The position numbers and the translations under genes were made by a program. Under the pieces are notes generated by a model that saw nothing but the letters and a program-made list of their open reading frames with translations, had not been told where the DNA came from and ran no database searches. Shown here one piece after another: positions 9,446 to 19,235 of a stretch of DNA of 37,999 bases. Every line of letters starts with the position of its first letter. The stretch's first letter is position 1. Source of the stretch: an uncultured Planctomycetales bacterium (GTDB lineage: Bacteria; Omnitrophota; Gorgyraeia; Zapsychrales; Fredricksoniimonadaceae); the NCBI GenBank assembly GCA_964400365.1, contig CAYNTZ010000001.1, forward strand, positions 1 to 37,999. The letters run 5' to 3'.

Positions 9446-10671
9446 AATGATAGTATCTCTGCTGCTGCCTTATCCTTATCAACCAATTTCGTTTCACCTG
9501 TCCGGCGCACCTTAATTTCAACCTGATTGTTTGCCAACGCACGCTTACCAATCACAATACGGTAAGGAATACCAATTAAATCCGCATCATTGAACTTACG
9601 GCCGGCGCTTTCATCCCGGTCATCCAGCAAAACTTCCAAACCTGCAGCCTTTAATTGGCTGTAATATTCCTGCGCTAATCCAAAAGCTTGCGGGTCTGAC
9701 ACTTGCACCGGCAACACCTCAACATCAAAAGGAGAAATTTCTTTAGGCCAAATAATCCCGCCCTGATCATTATTGGCCTCAATCACCGCCGCAATCAAAC
9801 GGCTCACCCCAATGCCATAACAACCCATAATCATGGGCTTTTGTTTGCCATCTTCATCAACATACAAAGCCCCTAAGGCTTGTGAATACTTTGTCCCTAA
9901 TTGAAAAATATGGCCCAACTCAATGGCCACCTTACGCTCCCAAACACCACCTGCTGGAGCGCAACCACCTTCATCTTTCACCACCTGCCCATTTTCTTTA
10001 TTAACCCACACCGCATCCTCACCAATAGGGGCCGCAACTAAAAATTCATGCGACACGGAACCACCCATCGCCCCACTATCCGCTGCCACCACAATCACAT
10101 CCAGGCCGCAACGGGCAAAAATCTTCTTATATGCCCCTAACTGCAATTCATAATTCTTCTGTAAACCAGCCACATCACGGTCAAAACTATACGCATCCTT
10201 CATGATAAATTCACAGGCACGCACAATACCATAACGGGTACGCATTTCATCACGGAATTTCGTCTGAATCTGGTAAAGCGTCAAAGGCAATTGGCGGTAG
10301 CTCTGAACGAATTGACGGGTCAAATCCGTAATAATCTCCTCGTGCGTCGGCCCCAGGCACATGCGGTGGCCTTTCTTATTATCAAACTGCACCATCACCT
10401 CTTTAAGAGTCTGGTCACGGCCGGTCTTTTGCCAAATTTCAATAGGATGCATCGCCGGCATTAATAATTCATGGCAGCCAATGGCATTCATCTCTTCACG
10501 GATAATCGCCTCAACATTAGCCAAAACCCTAAAACCAAGCGGCAGGTATGAGTACACACCCGATGTCAACATATGCACCAAACCAGCACGCAAGGATAAC
10601 TGGTGGCTAACCGCTTCCGTACCAACTGGAACTTCCTTCATTGTTGGGATTAATCCCTTTGACCACAACAT
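9433..10671 (-). CDS. proS: Prolyl-tRNA synthetase, bacterial-type catalytic core and anticodon-binding domain, lacking the INS editing domain
   Basis: 412 aa. The N-terminus is MKEVPVGTEAVSHQLSLRAG. Motif 2 is FRDEMRTRYGIVRACEF, motif 3 is GCYGIGVSRL, and GHIFQLGTKYS is present. Only about 33 residues (aa 217-249) occupy the place where E. coli ProRS carries its roughly 180-aa INS. Confidence 0.9.
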   Translation of the reverse strand: MLWSKGLIPTMKEVPVGTEAVSHQLSLRAGLVHMLTSGVYSYLPLGFRVLANVEAIIREEMNAIGCHELLMPAMHPIEIWQKTGRDQTLKEVMVQFDNKKGHRMCLGPTHEEIITDLTRQFVQSYRQLPLTLYQIQTKFRDEMRTRYGIVRACEFIMKDAYSFDRDVAGLQKNYELQLGAYKKIFARCGLDVIVVAADSGAMGGSVSHEFLVAAPIGEDAVWVNKENGQVVKDEGGCAPAGGVWERKVAIELGHIFQLGTKYSQALGALYVDEDGKQKPMIMGCYGIGVSRLIAAVIEANNDQGGIIWPKEISPFDVEVLPVQVSDPQAFGLAQEYYSQLKAAGLEVLLDDRDESAGRKFNDADLIGIPYRIVIGKRALANNQVEIKVRRTGETKLVDKDKAAAEILSLWQS

Positions 10672-10683
10672 ATCAAAACCTTT

Positions 10684-11958
10684 CTATTCAAAAAAACCTG
10701 CCGGCAATTGCACATTACGTTTGACAAACTTATCATAGCAAGATGGTTTTTTCTTGGCCATCACCCACTCGCCAATAACCTTGCCATCCGCACCAACCTT
10801 TTCCTGTTTAAAAGTAAAAATATCTTCCAAGGAAATCTTGCCCGCATCCTTATCATGGCGCAAGTCCGTGATATTAACAACCCGGCGAACCCCGTCAAGA
10901 AACAACTCCTGATAAACAATCAAATCAATGGATGTCGCTAACTGCCGCTGTATTTGTTCACCACTTAAACGGATACCGGACATCAACATCATCGTGATCA
11001 TCCGATTAAAACACTCTTGGGGCGAATCTGCGTGCACAATAGCCAACGCCCCCGCATGCCCAGATGAAATTGATTGCACCAAATCCAGGATTTCTTCCCC
11101 ACGCACCTCACCAATAATAATGCGGTCAGGGCGCATACGCAGGGAATTAATAAACAAATCACGGATAGTCACCTGCCCCTTACCTTCAATATTTGGTGCC
11201 TTGGACTGCAAAGAAACCACATGTTCTTGCATTAAACGCAATTCAGCCGTGTCTTCAATAGTGATGATGCGTTCATGTTCCGGAATATGGCGAGAAAGAA
11301 CGTTCAATAAGGTTGTTTTACCGCTTCCGGTTGACCCGCAAAAAATAATGTTCAACTTTGCCTTGATCGCCGCAATCAAGAACGCTGCCATCGGCTTATT
11401 TAAGGTTGACTTCTCAATCAAATCATCAATTGTCGTCAATTCACGAGAAAACTTACGTATCGTCATAACCGGGCCCTGCTGTGAACACGGCGGCAAGATA
11501 ACATTAACACGCGACCCATCAGCCAAAGAAAAATCAACATAGGGCTGAGACTCATCAACCCGGCGGCTGGATCCAGACGCTGCAATAATCTTTTGTATCG
11601 TATGCATTAAATTCGCGTTATCCGGAAAATGCACATTAGTCTTTTCAATGCGTCCAGCCCGTTGGATATAAACCGACTTAGCCCCATTAACCATGATCTC
11701 GCTAACCGTTGAATCTTCGACAAAAGGACGGATTGGCCCCAAGCTCACCACTGAGGACACCAACTCACGGATAATGGCCCCGCGTTCTTCTATCGATACC
11801 GTCAATTGAGTCTCTTGGCAAAGCTTTGTAATAGCCGCGTCGACAAAGGCTCGCAACTGGTCTTCCTGCATATTATCTTTAACAGCCAAGAAATTTGTCT
11901 TTGATATCAGGTAATGATGGATGCGCGCCTTAATCTCGTTGTGGTCAAAACTTGCCAT
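10684..11958 (-). CDS. CpaF/TadA-family (VirB11-like, T2SSE) secretion/pilus-assembly ATPase, orphan
   Basis: 424 aa. Walker A is GSTGSGKTTLLN, the Asp box is ITIEDTAEL, Walker B is RPDRIIIGEVRGEE, and the His box is GHAGALAIVHADS. No TadB/TadC, pilin or secretin genes are adjacent. Confidence 0.85.
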   Translation of the reverse strand: MASFDHNEIKARIHHYLISKTNFLAVKDNMQEDQLRAFVDAAITKLCQETQLTVSIEERGAIIRELVSSVVSLGPIRPFVEDSTVSEIMVNGAKSVYIQRAGRIEKTNVHFPDNANLMHTIQKIIAASGSSRRVDESQPYVDFSLADGSRVNVILPPCSQQGPVMTIRKFSRELTTIDDLIEKSTLNKPMAAFLIAAIKAKLNIIFCGSTGSGKTTLLNVLSRHIPEHERIITIEDTAELRLMQEHVVSLQSKAPNIEGKGQVTIRDLFINSLRMRPDRIIIGEVRGEEILDLVQSISSGHAGALAIVHADSPQECFNRMITMMLMSGIRLSGEQIQRQLATSIDLIVYQELFLDGVRRVVNITDLRHDKDAGKISLEDIFTFKQEKVGADGKVIGEWVMAKKKPSCYDKFVKRNVQLPAGFFE

Positions 11959-11974
11959 AGACTCTCCTCACACG

Positions 11975-13096
11975 TTAAGAACCGATACCCTTAAACACTT
12001 GCATCAACTTATCAATCAAACCAATCCGTTCAAAATCAACATAAAAAACAAATAAGGCCAACGCGATAATTAACACAAAACCAAGACGCGCTATCCCCAT
12101 TTCCATCTTTAATGATAAGGCCTTGCCACGTAATTTCTCAATCGCTAACAACAGTAAGTGCCCCCCATCCAAAGGAATAATCGGCAACAAATTAAAAATA
12201 GCCAAGGATAAGCTAATCACGCCCATGATATGCAGCAGGAAAGCAAAGCCAACTGTAATGGCAAATTTAATCACAAAGAACATCCCCACAATACCCATAG
12301 CTTCCTTGGGCGAACGCATGCCAATCAGCATCTCAAAAAGCGCCCCGTAGGTCTTAACAGAAATACTGACTAATTCTTCACCCGCTTTCTTAAAAGACCC
12401 CCAAAAGCCATAGCGCGTCACCACAATATTATCCGCATCCTTAATAGGCATTGGCCCAACCCCAATACGACGAGCCTTATGTTCCCTACCAAAAATATCC
12501 TTTTGGGATTGTTCTTGAGGGTCAATCACCACATCTAGCCTTGACCCATCACGTTCCACAACCACATCTAAACGCGCAGCTAACGATGATGTCACCGCCT
12601 CTTGTAATTGCGGCCAATGCGCGATAACCTTACCATCAATGCTAATTACCTTATCCCCCGTCTTTATCCCCGCTTTCTGAGCCGGCGAATTGTCCACCAC
12701 CTGACCAACAACAGCAGGGACTTTTTGCGCTGACGCTTCCATGTCGACATAGCCAAGGTTAAAAACCAGCCAAAAACAAAGATAGGCAAAAACAATATTA
12801 ACCACCGGACCCATCAGGACAATCAAACCGCGCTGGCCAACGGATTTAGCAAAATACTCATCAGCCGCGCCCTTACAATTGCTCCGCTCATCCCCAGCCA
12901 TCTTGACATAACCACCCAAAGGAATCGCACACAAGCAAAATTCCGTACCATCATGCATCCAACCAAATAATTTAGGGCCAAAACCTAACGAAAATTGGTC
13001 TACCTTTACCCCGCACTTGCGCGCGGTAATGTAATGGCCCCACTCATGAACGACAATTAAAATACTTAAAATAAAAATGAAAATTAATAACGACAT
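11975..13096 (-). CDS. rseP: RIP site-2 zinc metalloprotease RseP (single PDZ)
   Basis: 373 aa. It carries HEWGHY (HExxH) in the first TM helix, one PDZ region, and NLLPIIPLDGG (LDG motif). It lies downstream of dxr, as in many bacteria. Confidence 0.9.
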   Translation of the reverse strand: MSLLIFIFILSILIVVHEWGHYITARKCGVKVDQFSLGFGPKLFGWMHDGTEFCLCAIPLGGYVKMAGDERSNCKGAADEYFAKSVGQRGLIVLMGPVVNIVFAYLCFWLVFNLGYVDMEASAQKVPAVVGQVVDNSPAQKAGIKTGDKVISIDGKVIAHWPQLQEAVTSSLAARLDVVVERDGSRLDVVIDPQEQSQKDIFGREHKARRIGVGPMPIKDADNIVVTRYGFWGSFKKAGEELVSISVKTYGALFEMLIGMRSPKEAMGIVGMFFVIKFAITVGFAFLLHIMGVISLSLAIFNLLPIIPLDGGHLLLLAIEKLRGKALSLKMEMGIARLGFVLIIALALFVFYVDFERIGLIDKLMQVFKGIGS

Positions 13097-13105
13097 TTTT
13101 TATCC

Positions 13106-14263
13106 TTACCTTAACAGCTTGGCTAAAATGGCTTGAGCTTCCCGGCGGGCCCATTGATCCGCATCCAGGATATCCCCTAGCCCCGGGGACTTTATTATTT
13201 TATGACGGGCTGTTACTTTTTCAACGACTTTATAAATTGATGTAAACCTTAAATCCCCACTTAAAAAAGCTTCCACCGCTTCTTCATCAGCGGCATTTAA
13301 CACCGCCGGCATTGTCCCCCCTAAGCGCGCCACATCAAGAGCCAGCCCTAAAGCTGGGAATTTCTTAAAATCAGGTGCCACAAAATTTAATTGCCCTAAA
13401 CATGGGAAATCCAAATCTGCCAATCCCGACGGTAAACGTGCTGGATAGGTCAAGGCATATTGAATAGGCAGGCGCATATCCGTCACACCTAACTGCGCCA
13501 ATATCGACCCATCCTGGAATTCCACCATGGAATGCACAATAGCTTCTGGATGAATCACCACCTTAATCTGGTCAACGCTTAAGCCAAATAAACGCTGGGC
13601 TTCAATAAACTCAAAACCCTTATTCATCAAGGTGGCTGAATCAACGGTGATCTTCGCCCCCATTTTCCAACGCGGATGGCGTAAAATATCTTTAACCGTC
13701 ATGCGTTCAAACTGTTTAGCTGGCACATTTAACAACGCGCCACCCGAGGCTGTCAAATGCACCCGCTTTACCGGAGCCTTTTGCCCATCGAGACATTGAA
13801 AAATTGCACTTTGTTCGCTGTCAACCGGAATAATACGCGCGCCATGTTTCTTGGCTTCACGCATAATCAGGTCACCCGCAATGACCAAGGCTTCCTTATT
13901 TGCCGGCGCAATCACCTTACCCGCCCGCGCCGCTGCTAAAAAAGGTTCCAAGGCTCCAGCCCCACGCATGCCAATCACCACCACATCTACTTCTTTTAAA
14001 GCCGCTAGATGCGCACAATCACTGGATGAATAAAACTTAACACCTTTAATGCCGGCCTTCTTAAAATACCTTAACCCTTCTTCACCAACCGCTACGTGTG
14101 CGGGCTTATATTTACGCACCTGCTCTTCTAATAACTTAAAATTGCTATACGCCGTTAAGGCAACTACTTTAAATAATTTCGGATATAAATCCACCACCTT
14201 TAAAGTGCTTAATCCAATTGAACCCGTCGAACCTAAAATTACTATGTTACGTTTTTGCACCAT
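13106..14263 (-). CDS. dxr: 1-deoxy-D-xylulose 5-phosphate reductoisomerase
   Basis: Full-length Dxr similarity (ILGSTGSIGLSTL, NKEALV, HPEAIVHSMVEF). I trimmed the track ORF (start 14323) to the ATG at 14263 (MVQKRNIVILGSTGSIG). The 20-codon extension lies inside the intergenic palindrome. Confidence 0.92.
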   Translation of the reverse strand: MVQKRNIVILGSTGSIGLSTLKVVDLYPKLFKVVALTAYSNFKLLEEQVRKYKPAHVAVGEEGLRYFKKAGIKGVKFYSSSDCAHLAALKEVDVVVIGMRGAGALEPFLAAARAGKVIAPANKEALVIAGDLIMREAKKHGARIIPVDSEQSAIFQCLDGQKAPVKRVHLTASGGALLNVPAKQFERMTVKDILRHPRWKMGAKITVDSATLMNKGFEFIEAQRLFGLSVDQIKVVIHPEAIVHSMVEFQDGSILAQLGVTDMRLPIQYALTYPARLPSGLADLDFPCLGQLNFVAPDFKKFPALGLALDVARLGGTMPAVLNAADEEAVEAFLSGDLRFTSIYKVVEKVTARHKIIKSPGLGDILDADQWARREAQAILAKLLR

Positions 14264-14277
14264 GTACCTAAGTGAAT

Positions 14278-14442
14278 GGTTAGGGCGATGGGAGTTTGTG
14301 AAGGCTGAAACATCCCCCACCATATGCCACCCTTACAAAATTAATTTATCGACAAACCACAACCGTACGCTGTTGAGAATGTGCATGTGTTGTGGGGGTT
14401 GGGGGGTGTTGAAGCCAGAACAAAGCTCCCCTCGCCCTAACC
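14278..14442. repeat. About 165-nt long imperfect palindrome (extended stem-loop) in the cdsA-dxr intergenic gap
   Basis: The outer arms are GGTTAGGGCGATGGGAG (14278-14294) and CTCCCCTCGCCCTAACC (14426-14442), complementary at 16 of 17 positions. Imperfect pairing continues inward, between about 14295-14320 and about 14399-14425. An inner stem pairs CCACAAC (14357-14363) with GTTGTGG (14389-14395). A G-run GGGGGTTGGGGGG sits at 14394-14406. Confidence 0.6.
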
Positions 14443-14483
14443 ACCACGGACCGCACAGCTAAAACACTTATTTAATAGTCAAC

Positions 14484-15302
14484 TTATTGCAATGTCATTA
14501 ACATCGAGCTCATGTATAGATAGAATGCCGGCGCTGAAAACAATAAACTGTCAATCATATCCAACACACCACCCATCCCCGGCAGCAATTTCCCTGAATC
14601 CTTAACCCCGCAATCACGCTTGATCAATGATTCCGACAAATCACCTAATTGCCCCAACAAACCAAAAAATGCACCCATCAATAATATCTGCCACCAAGGC
14701 AAGGCCACCGGCAAGAACGATTGCACGCTTAGGGCCATTAATGCGGAAACAGCCAATGCCCCTACACCCCCCTCAATCGACTTATTAGGACTAACCTTGG
14801 GCATTAACGGGTGCTTACCAAATCTTGTCCCAATCAACAAGGCGCCGACATCCCCGCTTTTTGTCACCAACAAAATAAAAGCTAATAACTTAATCCCATC
14901 CATACCAGGGAGCATCAAACGAATCTTAACCAAGAAAGAAAAGAACCAGGCTACATATAAAACCCCAAACATGGTCGTTGATAACCCAAGAATGGCGTTG
15001 CGGTTATCTTGACGGGCAAATTGCATGAATAAAATAAGCAAGAAACCAATAACAATAAATAACAATTCCCAATTGCGGGTTAATTCAAACCGGGTGAAAA
15101 TCGATAGCGGGATTAAAATGCCAATAAAAATACCAGTATACGAATAAATCGGCACGTCTTTCTTGCGTACCATATAGAAAAACTCATACAGGCCGCCTAA
15201 TGTCAGTAAACAAATCACCGCAATAAACATAAAGTCATTAATAACAGCCATCGCCGTTAACATGACCATAAAACTTGCTGATAAAAAACGTGATAATGAC
15301 AT
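14484..15302 (-). CDS. cdsA: Phosphatidate cytidylyltransferase (CDP-diglyceride synthase)
   Basis: 272-aa polytopic membrane protein with the C-terminal CDS signature region SLIKRDCGVKDSGKLLPGMGGVLDMID. It sits in the uppS-cdsA-dxr synteny. Confidence 0.87.
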   Translation of the reverse strand: MSLSRFLSASFMVMLTAMAVINDFMFIAVICLLTLGGLYEFFYMVRKKDVPIYSYTGIFIGILIPLSIFTRFELTRNWELLFIVIGFLLILFMQFARQDNRNAILGLSTTMFGVLYVAWFFSFLVKIRLMLPGMDGIKLLAFILLVTKSGDVGALLIGTRFGKHPLMPKVSPNKSIEGGVGALAVSALMALSVQSFLPVALPWWQILLMGAFFGLLGQLGDLSESLIKRDCGVKDSGKLLPGMGGVLDMIDSLLFSAPAFYLYMSSMLMTLQ

Positions 15303-15322
15303 TTGTTCTTACCTTTAAGTAA

Positions 15323-16036
15323 TTAGGGGCGGACACCGCCGTAGCGCCGTTCACGCTTTGCATACTCTACAAGCGCCATGCGCAGCTGCTCTTCATTAAA
15401 ATCAGGCCAACATTTATCCGTAAAATAAAGCTCAGCATAGGACAACTGCCACAGCAAAAAATTACTGATACGCTCTTCACCAGAAGTACGAATCAATAAA
15501 TCAGGATCAGGTTGGCCTTTAGTATATAGATGGTCAGCAACCATTTGCTCATCAATGGCTACAGCAGGAACCTGGCCTTGTTCAACCTTAGCAGCAATCT
15601 GCTTAAACGCATCAATGATTTCAGCCCTGGCGCCATAGTTAAACGCCACATTAAGTGTCATATCACGATTGGATACTGTCAACTGCATCGCCATATCAAT
15701 GGCATTTAAGACCTTCTCCGGTACGCCACTGCGCCGGCCGATAAAATTTATCCTAATGCCATTGGCATGCAACTCCCTGGCTTTTTGCGCTAATACCGTG
15801 ACAAAGGTATTCATGAGCATGGACACTTCATCAGCGGGACGGGTCCAATTCTCCGTTGAAAAAGCATAAATTGTCAAATAACCGATACCCAACCTGCGGC
15901 AGCTTGCAATAATCTCCTCGACACGCTTAACACCTTCCAAATGGCCCTGGGTGCGCAAGAGCCCCCGCGCCTTAGCCCATCGGCCATTGCCATCCATGAT
16001 AATCGCTACATGCCTTGGTAATTTATCTTGATCCAT
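15323..16036 (-). CDS. uppS: Undecaprenyl (di-trans,poly-cis) diphosphate synthase
   Basis: Contains HVAIIMDGNGRWA, the FSTENWTRP region and ERRYGG. The track start at 16078 is a TTG whose 14-codon extension contains a canonical terminator hairpin. I prefer the ATG at 16036 (MDQDKLPRHVAIIMDGNGRWA), but the start remains uncertain. Confidence 0.88.
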   Translation of the reverse strand: MDQDKLPRHVAIIMDGNGRWAKARGLLRTQGHLEGVKRVEEIIASCRRLGIGYLTIYAFSTENWTRPADEVSMLMNTFVTVLAQKARELHANGIRINFIGRRSGVPEKVLNAIDMAMQLTVSNRDMTLNVAFNYGARAEIIDAFKQIAAKVEQGQVPAVAIDEQMVADHLYTKGQPDPDLLIRTSGEERISNFLLWQLSYAELYFTDKCWPDFNEEQLRMALVEYAKRERRYGGVRP

Positions 16037-16040
16037 ACTT

Positions 16041-16067
16041 AAATAAAAAGGGGGATATACATCCCCC
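16041..16067 (-). terminator. Rho-independent terminator downstream of the coiled-coil gene
   Basis: The minus-strand RNA reads GGGGGAU-GUAU-AUCCCCC followed by UUUUUAUUU. That is a perfect 7-bp stem with five G-C pairs, a tetraloop and a U-tract. Confidence 0.75.
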
Positions 16068-16113
16068 TCATCATTCAACCTTACGCCAAACGCTTTACTT
16101 AATCAACGTACAT

Positions 16114-16536
16114 TTATTGAGCCGCCGCTACTGGTTGATCTGCTGGCACTTCCGTTGGGGCAGCATCAGCAGCACTGCTATCCACCACAGCTTGAGCCTG
16201 GGCCTGTGCTTCAAGAGCGGCCTTTACCTTTAATTCAAGATCCGCCTTACTTTCAGCTAATTTTGCATATTGCTGCTTTAAGTCCGCATTGACACCTTTT
16301 TCTTGGTCCAAGATATCTTGTATCTTTGTCATCTTGCTGTCCGCTGACTTAAGCTTTGCCTCAAGAGTTGCTAATTTGGCCGCGCTTTTTTGCAGACTCT
16401 CCTCAGCAACCATTCGGCTATACCGCTCTTCTTCCAAATTCTTGCCCGCCTTGGTGGCTTTTTCGTTAAAACGAACCACCACCACCGTCAAAGCAATGGA
16501 TAAAAGAATGGAAACAACCAGCAGAATGTCTTTCAT
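16114..16536 (-). CDS. Membrane-anchored coiled-coil protein, function unknown
   Basis: 140 aa. An N-terminal TM helix (ILLVVSILLSIALTVVVV) is followed by heptad-like Lys/Glu/Ala/Leu-rich sequence and an Ala/Pro/Gln-rich tail. I recognise no family. The coding call rests on ORF length, position and tight spacing. Confidence 0.55.
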   Translation of the reverse strand: MKDILLVVSILLSIALTVVVVRFNEKATKAGKNLEEERYSRMVAEESLQKSAAKLATLEAKLKSADSKMTKIQDILDQEKGVNADLKQQYAKLAESKADLELKVKAALEAQAQAQAVVDSSAADAAPTEVPADQPVAAAQ

Positions 16537-16553
16537 TAAGCTCTCCCAATAAT

Positions 16554-17192
16554 CTAGTTTGCGCTTTCAGCCTCATCAGAAGCTTGAGCTTTCTGGACTT
16601 CAGTCTTGGGTAAAATAACAATCTCAACGCGGCGGTTCTTTTGGCGGCCATCCTTTGAATCATTGGTTGCTACCGGCTTGTATTCACCATAACCTGTTGC
16701 AGCCAGACGGGACTCATCTACCTGCTGTTCGCTTAAATAATGCAAGACACTTAAAGCCCGAGCAGTCGACAATTCCCAATTGGATTTCCAGCCGGATTTC
16801 TTAATTGGCTCATTATCCGTATGCCCTTCAACACCAACATTTAAATCAACAACCGTCGTGTTTAAGACACTTGAAACCTTTTCCAACTTTGGCAAGGAAT
16901 CGTTGCGTAATTTTGCCTTACCGGAATCAAATAAAACTTCCGCGACAAAGGTAATCACAAGACCCTTTTCCATCATCTCAACCTTAACCTGCTTATCGCT
17001 GATTTCATCCTTTAGGCGACGCTCTAACTCCTGCTTAGCACGTTCCAATTCACTTAAATCATTCTTTAATTTAGAAATCTTCTCCACATCAGTGCGGCGG
17101 CCTTTTTGAAAAATAACCGTACAACCAGAAAGCCCGACGGCAAAAATCAAGGCAATAACCACATTGGCCAAAAATAGATTGCTATAACGCAT
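16554..17192 (-). CDS. OmpA/MotB-family peptidoglycan-binding lipoprotein with coiled-coil linker
   Basis: 212 aa. A lipobox is present (AVGLSGC). A coiled-coil segment is followed by an OmpA_C-like domain (VLFDSGKAKL, EGHTDNEPI, SNWELSTARA, NRRVEIVI). A strong SD, AGGAGG, lies upstream. Confidence 0.85.
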   Translation of the reverse strand: MRYSNLFLANVVIALIFAVGLSGCTVIFQKGRRTDVEKISKLKNDLSELERAKQELERRLKDEISDKQVKVEMMEKGLVITFVAEVLFDSGKAKLRNDSLPKLEKVSSVLNTTVVDLNVGVEGHTDNEPIKKSGWKSNWELSTARALSVLHYLSEQQVDESRLAATGYGEYKPVATNDSKDGRQKNRRVEIVILPKTEVQKAQASDEAESAN

Positions 17193-17227
17193 GAAAACCC
17201 TCCTATTATTATGAAAATTAGTAACTC

Positions 17228-17256
17228 AAATTATCACAGCCATTTAAGTAAGTCAA
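17228..17256 (-). promoter_or_regulatory. Candidate sigma70-type promoter upstream of the OmpA-like gene
   Basis: The minus strand reads TTGACT (17256-17251), then TGTGATAAT, which is an extended -10-like element with GATAAT at 17235-17230. The spacer is only 15 nt to GATAAT, or 16-17 nt to poorer hexamers. Confidence 0.35.
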
Positions 17257-17270
17257 GCGAAAGCCTTGCC

Positions 17271-19230
<1,960 letters not shown>

Positions 19231-19235
19231 CTGTT

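Noticed and set aside
10928-11542. 204-aa plus-strand ORF. Other long plus-strand ORFs behave the same way, for example 26357-26806, 14049-14462, 29662-30072 and 8072-8452.
   Set aside because: All are antisense shadows of well-supported minus-strand genes. They have low-complexity Ser/Arg/Cys-rich composition and no recognisable motifs.
10684-11958. Calling a Tad pilus or type II/IV secretion locus
   Set aside because: Only the ATPase is present. No platform, pilin, peptidase or secretin genes are in the window, so no system can be claimed.
14264-14323. N-terminal extensions in the track for dxr (to 14323), purA (to 18590), lptB (to 24602) and the SpoIID-like gene (to 2520)
   Set aside because: Family N-termini begin at internal ATGs (14263, 18542, 24542, 2466). 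The extensions overlap upstream genes or intergenic structure, and some start at TTG.
14394-14406. G-run GGGGGTTGGGGGG as a G-quadruplex
   Set aside because: There are only two long G-tracts, and they lie on the non-transcribed strand. The run is better explained as part of the long hairpin.
17193-17270. Terminator after purA
   Set aside because: Only a 4-bp CAAG/CTTG pairing is present and there is no U-tract, so the evidence is insufficient.
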